DNA from: Bryobacteraceae bacterium
GTDB lineage: Bacteria; Acidobacteriota; Terriglobia; Bryobacterales; Bryobacteraceae
DNA: 45,180 bases
Direction: 5' to 3'
NCBI GenBank assembly: GCA_049511275.1
Contig: JBEKYE010000001.1
Location: forward strand, 1 to 45,180
Shown here: piece by piece, positions 8,733 to 18,481 of the stretch
Position numbering within the stretch: the stretch's first letter is position 1
How the letters are laid out: every line of letters starts with the position of its first letter
Program-made: the position numbers and the translations under genes
The notes under the pieces: generated by a model
Seen by the model: the letters and a program-made list of their open reading frames with translations, nothing else
The model's database searches: none
Told to the model about the DNA's origin: nothing

Positions 8733-9424
8733 TTCTGGTATTCCTTCCCGTTCGTCACCCGTGCCCGCACGATTTTCAAAATGGCCTCTTCCACTTCATC
8801 CAGGCTCATGCCGGTCGTATCCAGATACGTAGCGTCGGGCGCTTGCGCCAATGGTGCATCGGACCGCGTGCTGTCGCGGCGGTCGCGCTCCTTCATTTGG
8901 CTCGCCAGCGCGCCTGCGCCCACCGTGCTTCCCTTGGCCCGCTCTTCCTCCAGGCGGCGGCGAACCCGCTCTTCGATGTCGGCATCCAGATAGATCTTTA
9001 CCGCGGCGTTAGGAAACACCACCGTCCCGATGTCGCGGCCCTCCATCACCACGCTCGACCGCTCGCCGATCTCGCGCTGTTTCTCGACCATCGCCCGCCG
9101 CACCCCCGGGATCACCGCGATCTGCGACGCCCCGCTCGAAACCTCCGGCGTGCGGATGGCTTCGCTCGCGTCCTCGCCGTTCAAGCGGATGCGCCCCGGC
9201 GCCAGTTCGATCCTCGCCGCTATCGCCAGTTGTTCCATGCGGTGCAGGTCGTCGAACCGCACTTCCTGCCGCAAAGCCCACAGGGCCACCGCGCGATACA
9301 TCGCGCCCGTGTCGATATACGTAAAACCCAGGCGTTCGGCCAGACGCCGGGCGATGGTGCTCTTGCCGGCCCCCGCCGGCCCGTCAATCGCTACCACCAC
9401 GCGCTTAGGTTGGTTGTCGGCCAA
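8699..9424 (-). CDS. cmk: Cytidylate kinase
   Basis: 'VVAIDGPAGAGKSTIARRLAERLGFTYIDTGAMYRAVA' is the canonical Cmk N-terminus. Confidence 0.9.
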   Translation of the reverse strand: MADNQPKRVVVAIDGPAGAGKSTIARRLAERLGFTYIDTGAMYRAVALWALRQEVRFDDLHRMEQLAIAARIELAPGRIRLNGEDASEAIRTPEVSSGASQIAVIPGVRRAMVEKQREIGERSSVVMEGRDIGTVVFPNAAVKIYLDADIEERVRRRLEEERAKGSTVGAGALASQMKERDRRDSTRSDAPLAQAPDATYLDTTGMSLDEVEEAILKIVRARVTNGKEYQKESEVKSQKSE

Positions 9425-9444
9425 GATTTAGAATAACAAGAGCC

Positions 9445-9816
9445 ATGAGCCCGAACGAATTCGACCGTCTGGTGGCCGACGCTTACGCCCGCATTCCCGC
9501 GCGCTTTCGCAAGCGGCTGAAAAACGTCGCGTTGCTGGTTGAGCCGGAGCCTTCCGCCGCGCAACTCGCCCGCCTCGGCCCCGCCAAAACCCTGCTGGGC
9601 CTCTACGAAGGTCGCCCCCTCACCAAGCGCAGCGTCTTCGAGCCATTCTCCATGCCCGACCGCATCACCATTTTTCAGGGTCCTCACGAGCGCCTGTCGC
9701 GCAGCCCCGCCGCTTTACGCCGCATGGTGGAAGACACCGTCTGGCACGAAGTGGCCCACTACTTCGGAATGAACGAAGAACAGGTGCGTGCCTCTGAGCG
9801 TAGACGCCGCAGATAG
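9445..9816 (+). CDS. Minimal zinc metallopeptidase-like protein (zincin, HExxH)
   Basis: 123 aa with 'VWHEVAHYFGMNEEQV', characteristic of the small 'metallopeptidase family protein' group. Confidence 0.7.
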   Translation: MSPNEFDRLVADAYARIPARFRKRLKNVALLVEPEPSAAQLARLGPAKTLLGLYEGRPLTKRSVFEPFSMPDRITIFQGPHERLSRSPAALRRMVEDTVWHEVAHYFGMNEEQVRASERRRRR

Positions 9817-9840
9817 GTATTACAACAGCTCAGTTTCTAT

Positions 9841-9892
9841 TGGTGGGGCAGGATGGTATCCTGCGCACCGGTTGTCGATAAGCCCACTTTTT
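9841..9892 (+). terminator. Family-B hairpin (copy B1) with outer GTGGG/CCCAC stem followed by TTTTT; likely intrinsic terminator of the 9445-9816 gene
   Basis: TGGTGGGGCAGGAT-ggt-ATCCTGCGCACC, then ...GCCCAC TTTTTG. It starts 25 nt after the stop codon. Confidence 0.5.
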
Positions 9893-10133
9893 GTCCAGTG
9901 AGCGGGAACCGGTAGGTCCTGCGGCGCGTGGAAGGCCGCTTCTGGAAGCCGATCAACTTCCGGATGCGCCGTGATCCCACCAGGCGATTCGCGTCGCGAC
10001 TTATTCTCTATCGCACTGGTACAAATTATCGCTCTTGCCACCTGCAACATGATGTTCCAGTTCACGCAAATCACCATGCTGAAAGCGCTGAACATTCATA
10101 CGCCTCCTCGCCCACGCAGAACCACGCCGTCGG

Positions 10134-10415
10134 TTACGGACCGATTTGTTGGATGGTGTGCCGCCGCAGATACCAGCACGGAGCGTAGCCGAAATGCGGC
10201 ATAAGCGCGTCGACGCACGTCTCCATGATCGGCGTGCCGACCGAGTACTCTACCTCATTCCAGTGGTTCACCGCGGCGTATAAACGACCGATTCTTATCT
10301 GTTCGACCGGCCGCCTCCGGAAGCGCGCCCAGAGGTCGTCGGCGACATAAATCAAGGCCGTCAGGCTCACTAGAGCGAGGCATCCCCAAAGTGTAATTTT
10401 CCGGATAGTCCGCAT
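10134..10415 (-). CDS. Hypothetical small membrane-anchored protein
   Basis: 93-aa ORF with an N-terminal TM segment ('ITLWGCLALVSLTALIYV'). Codon third positions look coding. I recognised no family. Confidence 0.4.
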   Translation of the reverse strand: MRTIRKITLWGCLALVSLTALIYVADDLWARFRRRPVEQIRIGRLYAAVNHWNEVEYSVGTPIMETCVDALMPHFGYAPCWYLRRHTIQQIGP

Positions 10416-10483
10416 GCGAAAGGCTCTTTTCGACTATAGCGAAAAGAGAACAGCCACTCGGTTTCCCCGCCCTACCCATTTCC

Positions 10484-10500
10484 GATTCCGATTCGGAATC
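10484..10500. promoter_or_regulatory. Perfect 8-1-8 palindrome GATTCCGA-T-TCGGAATC (operator-like)
   Basis: Read directly. It sits in the ~480-bp non-coding region between the 10134-10415 gene and the Mo-oxidoreductase operon. Confidence 0.25.
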
Positions 10501-10897
10501 TTAAACGTAGATCGTGTCGTGGTGGGCGGGATACCTTCCGGGTGGTCGGCTGTACGGAAGTTGGGCCGTAATGCGTTGAATTACAGGCGTGCGGGGTGAG
10601 TGTGCAAGACCGGGACAGATAAACAGGCTTTTGTCGAACTTCGCCGGCGGTGTCGCGGAGGGTGGCGGGGTAAGGGATCTCACTTTGGAAGGCGGGGTGG
10701 AATGGTCGAGCTGCGCAGGTGGCTCGCCCGTAGTGCGTTTGGCGCCTGGATGCAAGGGGTTGCCAAATAGCGATGCCAGCTCTAACCGGTGCAGCCGTGC
10801 GCAGCCCGGCCCGGGAGTTTCCGCATCCTTCTGCGATTCCTCCCGTCCAAGCGGTGAACCAGAGCCTGAAATCTGATAAACGTGGTATGGGCCGTGA

Positions 10898-13246
10898 ATG
10901 AGCACGAACGAGCATGACCGCGCCCTGGTGGATCGCCGGCTCTTTTTGAAACTTTCGGGCGCGGCGGGCGCCGGGGTGGCGGCGGGCGAGATATTGGGCC
11001 GCTGGCCCCTGGCGGGAGCGGCGGCGGGCAGCGGCGTGAGAGTTGTCGCGGTGGCCTGCAACCACAACTGCGGGGGACGCTGCCACCTGAAGGCCCACAT
11101 CCAGGATGGCGTCATCACCCGGATCACCACCGACGATTCACCCGACACCGCCGGCCGGCCCCAGTTGCGCGCCTGTTTGAAAGGCCGCGCGCTGCGCAGC
11201 CGCCTGCGCAATCCGGCGCGCCTGCGGTATCCCATGAAGCGCGTGGGCCAGCGCGGCGAAGGTAAGTTTCAGCGCATTTCGTGGGACCAGGCGACCGAGT
11301 TTATCGCGGCGAAGCTGAAGCGCGTGGTGGAGCAACACGGCCCTTCGTCGGTGTACATCCAGTACGCCACCGGGGATTGCGGCGCCATCAGCGGGCACGC
11401 CGCGGCACAGCGGCTGATGAACCTGATGGGCGGTTACCTGGCCCGCTACAACAGCTACAGCTCCGCCTGCCTGAGTTACGTGGCGCCCTTCGTGACGGGA
11501 TATCGCGACACCAACTCATACCAGACGCTGGCGCATTCGAAGCTCATCATCCTCAACGGATTCAATCCGGCCGAAACCATTTTCGAGACCAATTCGAATT
11601 ACTACCTGGCCCGCGCCAGGGAAGCCGGCGCCAGGGTGGTGGTGATCGATCCGCGGCTCACCGAGACGGCCGCCACGTTTGCCGACGAGTGGCTGCCGCT
11701 CAGGCCCACCACCGACGCGGCGCTGTTCGTGGCCATGGCCCACGTGCTGATATCCGAGAAACTCTGCAACCGGGAGTTCCTGGACAAGTACACCATCGGT
11801 TTCGACGAAGCGCACATGCCCGCGGGCGTGCCGGCCGGGAACTCGTTCGAGAGCTACGTGCTGGGGCGTTCCGACGGCGTCGAAAAGACTCCCGAGTGGG
11901 CCGCGGAGATCACCGGAATTGAAGCGCACGCGATTCGCAACCTGGCGCGCGCCTACGGCACGCTTCATCCGGCGCAGTTGTTGCAGGGGCTGGGGCCGCA
12001 GCGCCACGCGCACGGCGAGGAATCCGTGCGGGCGGGCATCGCGCTCGCATGCATGACCGGCAACCTGGGCGTGTTGGGCGGCGGTTGGGGCGGCGGCGAA
12101 GGCGGCCGGCGGCTGGAGATCCCCATCGGCGGCCTGCCCACCGGAACCAACCCGGTCAAGACCAGGATTCCCGTGTTTTTGTGGACCGACGCCATCGTGC
12201 GCGGCACCGAAATGACCGCCGGGGATGGCGTGGAGAACGGGCCGCTCGCGAGCAACATCAAGTTCATTTTCAACCTCGGCAGCAATACTCTGGTGAATCA
12301 ACACGCCGACGTCAACCGCACGGTGCGCATTCTGCGCGATGAAGGGCTGGTGGAGTGCATCGTGGTGTCGGACCACTTTCTGACGCCCAGCGCGCGCTTC
12401 GCCGATATCCTGCTGCCGGCCGACAATTCGCTGGAGCGGGCCGACATCGGCGTGCCCTGGTCGGGCGAGCGGTACATCGTATTCGGCAACAAGGTGGTCG
12501 AGCCGCCGTTCGAGTGCAAGCACGATTACTGGTGGTTGAGCCGCGTGGCGGAGCGGTTGGGGATTGGGGAAGCGTTCACCCAGGGCAAAACCGAGGAGCA
12601 GTGGCTCGAGCAGATTGTCGGCGACGCGCGGCAGCGCGATCCCGGGTTTCCGTCTTATGAGGAGCTGCGGGAGCGGGGCTTCTATCGCCAGGATCCGGAA
12701 GAGTACGTGGCGTTCGAAAAGGAAATCCGCGATCCCGCCGGGCATCCGTTTCCAACGCCGTCGGGCAAGGTGGAGATCTTTTCCCGGACGCTCTACCAGA
12801 GGAACCGGGCGGACATTCCCGGCGTGCCGCACTACCTTGCGGCGTGGGAAGGGCCGCAGGACGAGTTGTCGCGGCGGTATCCGCTGCAGTGCATCGGGCC
12901 GCACTACAAGCGGCGGACGCATTCCACCTGGGACGAAGACGCCTGGATGGAAGAGGCCGATCCGCAGCAGATGTGGATCAGCCCGCGGGATGCGGCGGCG
13001 CGCGGCATCGCGAACGGCGACCGGGTGAAGGCGTTCAACGACCGGGGCGCGCTGCTGACGCGGGCGCGCGTGACCCGCCGCATTCGCCCCGGCGTGGTGG
13101 CCATTCCGCAGGGCGCGTGGTACACGCCCGGCAAGGACGGCGTCTGCCGGCGGGGATGCGTCAACGTGCTCACCAGCCAGCAGGCCACGCCGCTGGCGCA
13201 CGGCAATGCGCAGCATACCATTCTGGTGGAAGTGAAGAAGGTTTAG
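10898..13246 (+). CDS. DMSO-reductase-family molybdopterin oxidoreductase, catalytic (DmsA-like) subunit, Tat-exported
   Basis: 782 aa. It has the twin-arginine leader 'DRRLFLKLSGAAGAG', the N-terminal FeS motif 'CNHNCGGRCHLKAH', and the C-terminal 'ISPRDAAARGIANGDRVKAFNDRG' barrel motif. Confidence 0.85.
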   Translation: MSTNEHDRALVDRRLFLKLSGAAGAGVAAGEILGRWPLAGAAAGSGVRVVAVACNHNCGGRCHLKAHIQDGVITRITTDDSPDTAGRPQLRACLKGRALRSRLRNPARLRYPMKRVGQRGEGKFQRISWDQATEFIAAKLKRVVEQHGPSSVYIQYATGDCGAISGHAAAQRLMNLMGGYLARYNSYSSACLSYVAPFVTGYRDTNSYQTLAHSKLIILNGFNPAETIFETNSNYYLARAREAGARVVVIDPRLTETAATFADEWLPLRPTTDAALFVAMAHVLISEKLCNREFLDKYTIGFDEAHMPAGVPAGNSFESYVLGRSDGVEKTPEWAAEITGIEAHAIRNLARAYGTLHPAQLLQGLGPQRHAHGEESVRAGIALACMTGNLGVLGGGWGGGEGGRRLEIPIGGLPTGTNPVKTRIPVFLWTDAIVRGTEMTAGDGVENGPLASNIKFIFNLGSNTLVNQHADVNRTVRILRDEGLVECIVVSDHFLTPSARFADILLPADNSLERADIGVPWSGERYIVFGNKVVEPPFECKHDYWWLSRVAERLGIGEAFTQGKTEEQWLEQIVGDARQRDPGFPSYEELRERGFYRQDPEEYVAFEKEIRDPAGHPFPTPSGKVEIFSRTLYQRNRADIPGVPHYLAAWEGPQDELSRRYPLQCIGPHYKRRTHSTWDEDAWMEEADPQQMWISPRDAAARGIANGDRVKAFNDRGALLTRARVTRRIRPGVVAIPQGAWYTPGKDGVCRRGCVNVLTSQQATPLAHGNAQHTILVEVKKV

Positions 13247-13252
13247 GAAATC

Positions 13253-13804
13253 ATGGCCGCCGCTCCCGCGCAAATCGGGTTTTTCGTGGATGCCACCAGG
13301 TGCATCAACTGCAAGACCTGCGAGATCGCCTGCAAGGATTTCAACGATGCGCCGGTGGGCCGCAGCATTCGCAAGGTGCGCAGCTTCGAGGGCGGGGAGT
13401 TCCCGGCGGTGTTCGCCTACAACCTGTCCATGTCGTGCAATCACTGCGAGCAGCCGGCCTGCGTCGAGGGCTGTCCGGCGGGAGCGTATAGCAAGCGCGC
13501 CGCCGATGGCATCGTGGTGCACGATCCCGAAAAATGCATCGGGTGCCGCTACTGCACGTGGCTGTGTCCGTATGGAGCGCCGCAATACGACGCGCGCGAA
13601 GGCCGCGTGCGGAAGTGCAATCTGTGCGCGGGCGAAGCCACGCCGGTGTGCGTGGCGGCATGTCCCATGCGCGCCATCGAGGTGGGACCGCTGGCCGAGA
13701 TCGCGGCGCGGCCGGGCTCGACCATCGCGCTGCGGGACTTGCCCTCGCCGCAACTGACCGGGCCATCCATCCGCTATCGCGTTCGGAAAGAGGCCCGGGC
13801 ATGA
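13253..13804 (+). CDS. 4Fe-4S ferredoxin-type electron-transfer (DmsB-like) subunit
   Basis: 183 aa with several CxxCxxCxxxCP clusters ('CINCKTCEIACK', 'CIGCRYCTWLCP', 'CNLCAGE...'). Confidence 0.85.
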   Translation: MAAAPAQIGFFVDATRCINCKTCEIACKDFNDAPVGRSIRKVRSFEGGEFPAVFAYNLSMSCNHCEQPACVEGCPAGAYSKRAADGIVVHDPEKCIGCRYCTWLCPYGAPQYDAREGRVRKCNLCAGEATPVCVAACPMRAIEVGPLAEIAARPGSTIALRDLPSPQLTGPSIRYRVRKEARA

Positions 13805-14649
13805 GGGAATGGCCGCTCATCCTTTTCACTTTGGCCACGCAGCTCGCCTGCGGGCTGACGCTCGGGGCCACCGTGTTCGAGACCAAGGCCCGCCCGTCGG
13901 ATGCGGTGCTGATGCGCCCGCTGGCGATGGCGATTTTTCCAGTGGTCGCGATAGGGATCCTGCGATCCATGGCCCACCTGGGACGTCCGCTGATGGCGTG
14001 GCGCGCCCTGGTGAACCTGGGGCAATCGCGGCTCAGCCTGGAGGTGATCCTGACGGCCGTGTTCGCGCTCCTGGCGCTGGCATACAGCGGGTTCTGGTGG
14101 ATGGGAAGAACCGAGGGACGGTTGGCGTTGGGCGCGGCCACAGGCGTGGCGGGAATCGCGGCGGTGGTGGCGGGAGCGGCGCTCTACACGGTTCCCACAC
14201 AGCCGGCGTGGAATTCGGGATGGGTTCCGGCCTCGTTTCTGGGCACGGCGGTGTTGCTGGGCGGGCTGGCCCCCGCGGTGCTGATTTCGTGGCGAGAGAA
14301 CACCGGGTTGTTGCGGATATTTTTGGGCGCCACCGTGGCGGGGAGCTTGCTGCTGCTGATTGCCGCGTTGTGGATGATGGCGAATCTGTCGCGGCGGGCG
14401 TACGATCCGTTTACCGCCGCCCGGCTAGCGGGCTTGTTGCAGTTGTTGACGTCCAGGAACTCCTTATGGCTGGGATGTTACGTGGCCCTGGTGAGCGTGC
14501 TTCCGGCCGCGGTAGCCGTGCGGCTCTGGCCCGAGGAGCGGGTGGAGATTAATCCTTTCACCGCGGCCCTGCTGGCGGCGGTGGTGTTGGGCACGGCCAT
14601 TGGCCGCGCCATGATGTACTGGCTGGGCACGGGGTACGAGCCATTCTGA
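13801..14649 (+). CDS. DmsC-like polytopic membrane anchor subunit
   Basis: I set the start at the internal Met ('MREWPLILFTLATQLACG') because it makes an ATGA overlap with the DmsB-like stop. About 8 hydrophobic segments. The upstream part of track ORF 13534.. overlaps dmsB out of frame. Confidence 0.6.
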   Translation: MREWPLILFTLATQLACGLTLGATVFETKARPSDAVLMRPLAMAIFPVVAIGILRSMAHLGRPLMAWRALVNLGQSRLSLEVILTAVFALLALAYSGFWWMGRTEGRLALGAATGVAGIAAVVAGAALYTVPTQPAWNSGWVPASFLGTAVLLGGLAPAVLISWRENTGLLRIFLGATVAGSLLLLIAALWMMANLSRRAYDPFTAARLAGLLQLLTSRNSLWLGCYVALVSVLPAAVAVRLWPEERVEINPFTAALLAAVVLGTAIGRAMMYWLGTGYEPF

Positions 14650-14664
14650 CCGCGCATCTCTGCG

Positions 14665-14707
14665 GTGGCTCAGGCACTCGTGCGTGCCGTGTCGAGACTC
14701 GTCCCGG
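14665..14707 (+). repeat. Family-A repeat, copy A2
   Basis: GTGGCTCAGGCACTCGTGCGTGCCGTGTCGAGACTC. The core matches copy A1 at 21/22 positions. It lies between convergent genes (DmsC-like and sedolisin). Confidence 0.7.
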
Positions 14708-16258
14708 CTACTTGCCCATCAGTGCCGTGAGCAGCGCCTGGCCGTTCGGACTACCCAAACCCGTGCAGGCGTCCCATCCAGGGCCGGCTTGATAGGCGCC
14801 GTTGTTTCCCTCCGTGATGTCGCGCAAGTCGCTCGCCGCTTTTTCATAGAGCGTGGCGTTCAGGAAGCCCACGGGTTTCCCCAGTTGCGCGTTGATCAAC
14901 GCAATCAGTGCCGCCCATAGCGGCGCCACCGCGCTGGTTCCTCCAAAAACGGCATCCTGCCCGTCCACCTCAACCTGGTATCCGGTTGCCGGGTCGGCAT
15001 CGCCCGCCACGTCGGGCACCCCGCGGCCTTGGAAGTGCGCCGGATTGACGGATACCGGCACGTTCGCGCCAGCCTGCCAGGCCGGCAGCGGGAAATTATC
15101 GCTGACTCCGCCGCCGCTGGCGCCGTTCCCGGCGCCGTCGTTCCACACCACCTCCGTCGAGATCTTCCCGCCCGACGACTCCAGGCGCGTTCCGCCGCAC
15201 GCCAGCACATTGGGGCTGGACGCCGGAAAATCGACGTGCGCGGCGCCGTCGCTCACGCCGTCCGTGGAGCCGTCATCGCCGGAAGCGACGCACACCGTCA
15301 CGCCCAGCAGGCCCGCATCCTGGAAGGCCTGGTCGTAGGCGGTCAGGGACTGCGCCGTCCAGGTGGATTCAGCGCCGCCCCAACTGATCGACACAACCGA
15401 TGGCTGCCGGACATTGTCGTGCACCGCCGTGGTGATGGCGTCCAGGAAGCCCTGGTCGGTGTTGGGCGCGAAGTAAACCGCGATCTTTGCTCCGGATGCG
15501 ATGGCGCCGACTACTTCGATGTCGAGCAGCACCTCGCCATCGGCGCTATTGGGGTCGCCCACCGGCTGGTTGCTGGCGCCGTCCACCGAAACCGCAGTCA
15601 CGCTCGGCGCCGGACTGACGTTCAGCGAGCTGAAATAAGCGTTGAGGTCGGAGGCGCTGTATCCACCCCCCAGTTCGATGAGGGCGACCGTTTGCCCCGA
15701 TCCGTTTCCCGCCGCCGGAAAACCGTAGAGCGTTGCGACCGCCGGCGGCGTGTAGGAGGTGTCGCCGGCCGCCCTGGGTCCGACCACTTCCGTGTGCCGC
15801 CGAAAGCGCGTCCTCGCCTGTGGACGCGCGTCGAGGCCGAACACGCCGATCACGATGTCTCCAAGATGGCTGGGAATGTACAACTGGCCGGTGCGCCCCC
15901 GGTACGTGCCGTCGGGAGACTGGAAGACGCGCAATTGAGTCCCGAACGCCTCGTTCACCTTAGCCACCGTTCCGCGGAGCATGATACTGCGCCGTGACAG
16001 GTCGATCTGGCCCACGGTCAGATCGTAGTCCGCGGCGAACTGCTCGATCTGCTCCACGTCGGCCGGATCGGCGCCGTAAAGCTCGGCGAACCGGCTGCGG
16101 GGGATGGGGCGCGGCCCGGGAGGCGGTAACTCCCCACTCCTGCGGCGGATCACCACCGTTGCGCTCACCTGTTCCTTCGGATCCGCGATACCGATCACGC
16201 TGGAATCCGCCGATGCTTTGCGCTCACTGCCGCGAACGGCCACTCTGTCGGTTGGCAT
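14708..16258 (-). CDS. Sedolisin / kumamolisin-type serine-carboxyl peptidase (S53) with pro-domain
   Basis: 516 aa. The N-terminal pro-kumamolisin-like activation region is present, along with the C-terminal 'GGTSAVAPLWAALIALINAQ' catalytic Ser motif. Confidence 0.8.
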   Translation of the reverse strand: MPTDRVAVRGSERKASADSSVIGIADPKEQVSATVVIRRRSGELPPPGPRPIPRSRFAELYGADPADVEQIEQFAADYDLTVGQIDLSRRSIMLRGTVAKVNEAFGTQLRVFQSPDGTYRGRTGQLYIPSHLGDIVIGVFGLDARPQARTRFRRHTEVVGPRAAGDTSYTPPAVATLYGFPAAGNGSGQTVALIELGGGYSASDLNAYFSSLNVSPAPSVTAVSVDGASNQPVGDPNSADGEVLLDIEVVGAIASGAKIAVYFAPNTDQGFLDAITTAVHDNVRQPSVVSISWGGAESTWTAQSLTAYDQAFQDAGLLGVTVCVASGDDGSTDGVSDGAAHVDFPASSPNVLACGGTRLESSGGKISTEVVWNDGAGNGASGGGVSDNFPLPAWQAGANVPVSVNPAHFQGRGVPDVAGDADPATGYQVEVDGQDAVFGGTSAVAPLWAALIALINAQLGKPVGFLNATLYEKAASDLRDITEGNNGAYQAGPGWDACTGLGSPNGQALLTALMGK

Positions 16259-16292
16259 AAACCCTCGGTTGCGTCTCGAAATGAAATTGCGT

Positions 16293-17918
16293 CTAAGATA
16301 CCATGTTCCCGCCCTGCCCTGCCTCTGCCTGTGGCGGGATTACCGATGGTATCGGCTCCCTCAGGTGCTTTGGCTTGCGCAGGATCAGGACCAGCGGGAT
16401 GATGGCCAGAAACAGGATGCCGATCATGCGGAACACCGTCAGGAAGCTCAGCACCGACGCCTGTCGTTGCACCATGCCATAGAGCATCGCCAGGGCCTGG
16501 CGATTGGCGGTGACGGGATCGGCGCCATTCCGCATAAGCATCGTTTGCGCCTGGCTCAGCATGCGCTGGGCGGCCGGATCGTAGGGCGACACATGCGAAA
16601 CCAGCAGGGTCTGGTTGAACTGGGCGCGCCGCGCCAGCCATGTGGTGACAAACGAGATGCCGACGCTGGAGCCGATGTTCCGCATGACGCTGTACAGGGC
16701 CGTGGCATAGCCCGTCTCGCGCTTGGGGATCGGGTCCATGGTCAGTGTGGTGAGCGGGACGAAGATGAACGACATGCCGAGGCCCTGGCTGATCTGCCAC
16801 ACCAGAATGTCCCAGGTTCCGGACTGAAGGTTCATGTGGGAGAAGCCTAAAAGGGCCAGGCCCCCGATCGAGAAACCGAACGCCAGCAGCCAGCGGCCAT
16901 CCCAGCCCTTGCCCAGCAGGTACCCCACCAGCGGCATGCACAGCGCCGTGCCGATGCCGCGCGGGCTGCTCCAAAGACCCGCCGTGGTAGAGGTCCAGCC
17001 GAGCAGGGTCTGCATGAAAAGCGGCAGCAGAACCAGGCTGCTGTAGAGCACGAACCCGAGCACCGTGACGAAGAAGATGCCGGCCGCGAAGCTTCTGTAT
17101 TTCAGCAGCGCCAGGTGAACGATGGGCTGGTCGATCGTTAACTCCCGGATGAGGAAGCCGGCCAGGAAAATACCGGCGGTGATGGCCAGCGTGACGATGA
17201 AGCGCGAGCCGAACCAGTCGTCTTCCTGGCCCTTGTCCAGCATGATCTGCAGCGCCCCCATGCCCACCGCCAGCATGCCGAATCCCCAGAAGTCGGCGCG
17301 CAGCGAGCCGCGCTTGAGGTAGGGCGGATCGGTGACGAACATCGAGATCATGATCAGGCTGGTGATCCCCACCGGCAGGTTGATGTAGAAGACCCAGCGC
17401 CAGGAATACGTGTCGGTGATCCACCCGCCCAGCGTGGGGCCGAGTATCGGTGCGGCCACGATCCCCAGCCCAAAGAGCGCCATGGCTTTGCCGCGCTCCT
17501 GAGGAGGAAACTCCTCCAGCAGCACCGCCTGCGAAAGCGGCTGGAGTCCTCCGCCGGTGATGCCTTGCATCACCCGAAAGAAAATCAGCATGGGCAGGCT
17601 CGGCGCGATGCCGCACAGGAGGCTCGACACGGTGAAGCCCGTCACCACCGTCAGCAGCATGCGTTTGCGGCCGAAGTAATTTGCCAGCCAGCCGCTCATG
17701 GGCAGGATGATGGCATTGGCCACCAGGTACGAGGTGAGCACCCAGGTGGCTTCATCGGTGGTGGCCGAAAGGTTCCCCGCAATATGCGGCAGGCTGACGT
17801 TGACCACCGAAGTGTCCAGCACTTCCATCACGGCGCTGGAGAGTACGGCGATCGCCACCAGATTCCGGCGCGCTATCATCCTGGGTTCGATTTTAAGCGA
17901 GTGCGCCGGGGGCGGCAA
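16293..17918 (-). CDS. MFS transporter, DHA2 (EmrB/QacA-like, 14-TMS) drug:H+ antiporter family
   Basis: 541 aa. It has 'LDTSVVNVSLPHIAGNL', 'PMSGWLANYFGRKR', and many TM segments. Confidence 0.85.
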   Translation of the reverse strand: MPPPAHSLKIEPRMIARRNLVAIAVLSSAVMEVLDTSVVNVSLPHIAGNLSATTDEATWVLTSYLVANAIILPMSGWLANYFGRKRMLLTVVTGFTVSSLLCGIAPSLPMLIFFRVMQGITGGGLQPLSQAVLLEEFPPQERGKAMALFGLGIVAAPILGPTLGGWITDTYSWRWVFYINLPVGITSLIMISMFVTDPPYLKRGSLRADFWGFGMLAVGMGALQIMLDKGQEDDWFGSRFIVTLAITAGIFLAGFLIRELTIDQPIVHLALLKYRSFAAGIFFVTVLGFVLYSSLVLLPLFMQTLLGWTSTTAGLWSSPRGIGTALCMPLVGYLLGKGWDGRWLLAFGFSIGGLALLGFSHMNLQSGTWDILVWQISQGLGMSFIFVPLTTLTMDPIPKRETGYATALYSVMRNIGSSVGISFVTTWLARRAQFNQTLLVSHVSPYDPAAQRMLSQAQTMLMRNGADPVTANRQALAMLYGMVQRQASVLSFLTVFRMIGILFLAIIPLVLILRKPKHLREPIPSVIPPQAEAGQGGNMVS

Positions 17919-17974
17919 TGCGCCATGCCGGTGGCTGCGCCGCGCTCCCGGAATTGGATGCCGCTTCCAGTCTG

Positions 17975-18481
17975 CTACGATTCGTGGAACGGGCCGGAGC
18001 CCATGCGCTGCAGGCTTACTACGGCCTGCGCTTCCGCCGAGCGGCCTTCGCCCACCGGCCCGACTTTCTCGGCGGTTTTGAATTTCACCGAGATGCGGTC
18101 CAACTCCAGCCGCAGGGCGTCCGCCAGCCGCTGGCGGATGGCTTCGCGGTAGTCTTTCAGCTTGGGACGTTCCAGGATGACGGTGGCATCCACGTTGACG
18201 ATGTGGTAACCGCGCGCTACCGCCATGGCCTGGGCCTGTTGCAGAAACACCAGGCTGTCGCAGTCTTTCCAGCGCGGATCGGCATCCGGGAAGTGCACGC
18301 CGATGTCGCCCATGGCGGCCGCTCCCAGGATGGCGTCGGTGATGGCGTGGGCCAGAACGTCGGCATCCGAATGGCCTTCCAGCCCGAATTCGCTGGGGAT
18401 GGTGACGCCGCCCAGAATCAGCGGCCGGCCGGCCACCAGCCGGTGCACGTCCCAGCCTTGGCCGGTGCGGTATTCGCTCAA
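17975..18481 (-). CDS. ispF: 2-C-methyl-D-erythritol 2,4-cyclodiphosphate synthase
   Basis: 'GQGWDVHRLVAGRPLILGGVTIP...GHSDADVLAHAITDAILGA' is the canonical IspF sequence. Confidence 0.9.
   Translation of the reverse strand: MSEYRTGQGWDVHRLVAGRPLILGGVTIPSEFGLEGHSDADVLAHAITDAILGAAAMGDIGVHFPDADPRWKDCDSLVFLQQAQAMAVARGYHIVNVDATVILERPKLKDYREAIRQRLADALRLELDRISVKFKTAEKVGPVGEGRSAEAQAVVSLQRMGSGPFHES

Noticed and set aside
9820-10095. 91-aa minus-strand ORF, plus overlapping + strand ORFs, in the lower-GC stretch after the metallopeptidase gene.
   Set aside because: There is no codon-position GC bias, no RBS and no recognisable motif. Part of it is the family-B hairpin/terminator. I treat it as non-coding.
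10560-10897. Possible Moco (molybdenum cofactor) riboswitch upstream of the molybdoenzyme operon.
   Set aside because: I could not find the conserved blocks I remember for the motif (CUCCGAGCC-like 5' segment, GAAAGG loops, GCCUCC). Only a covariance-model search could settle this.
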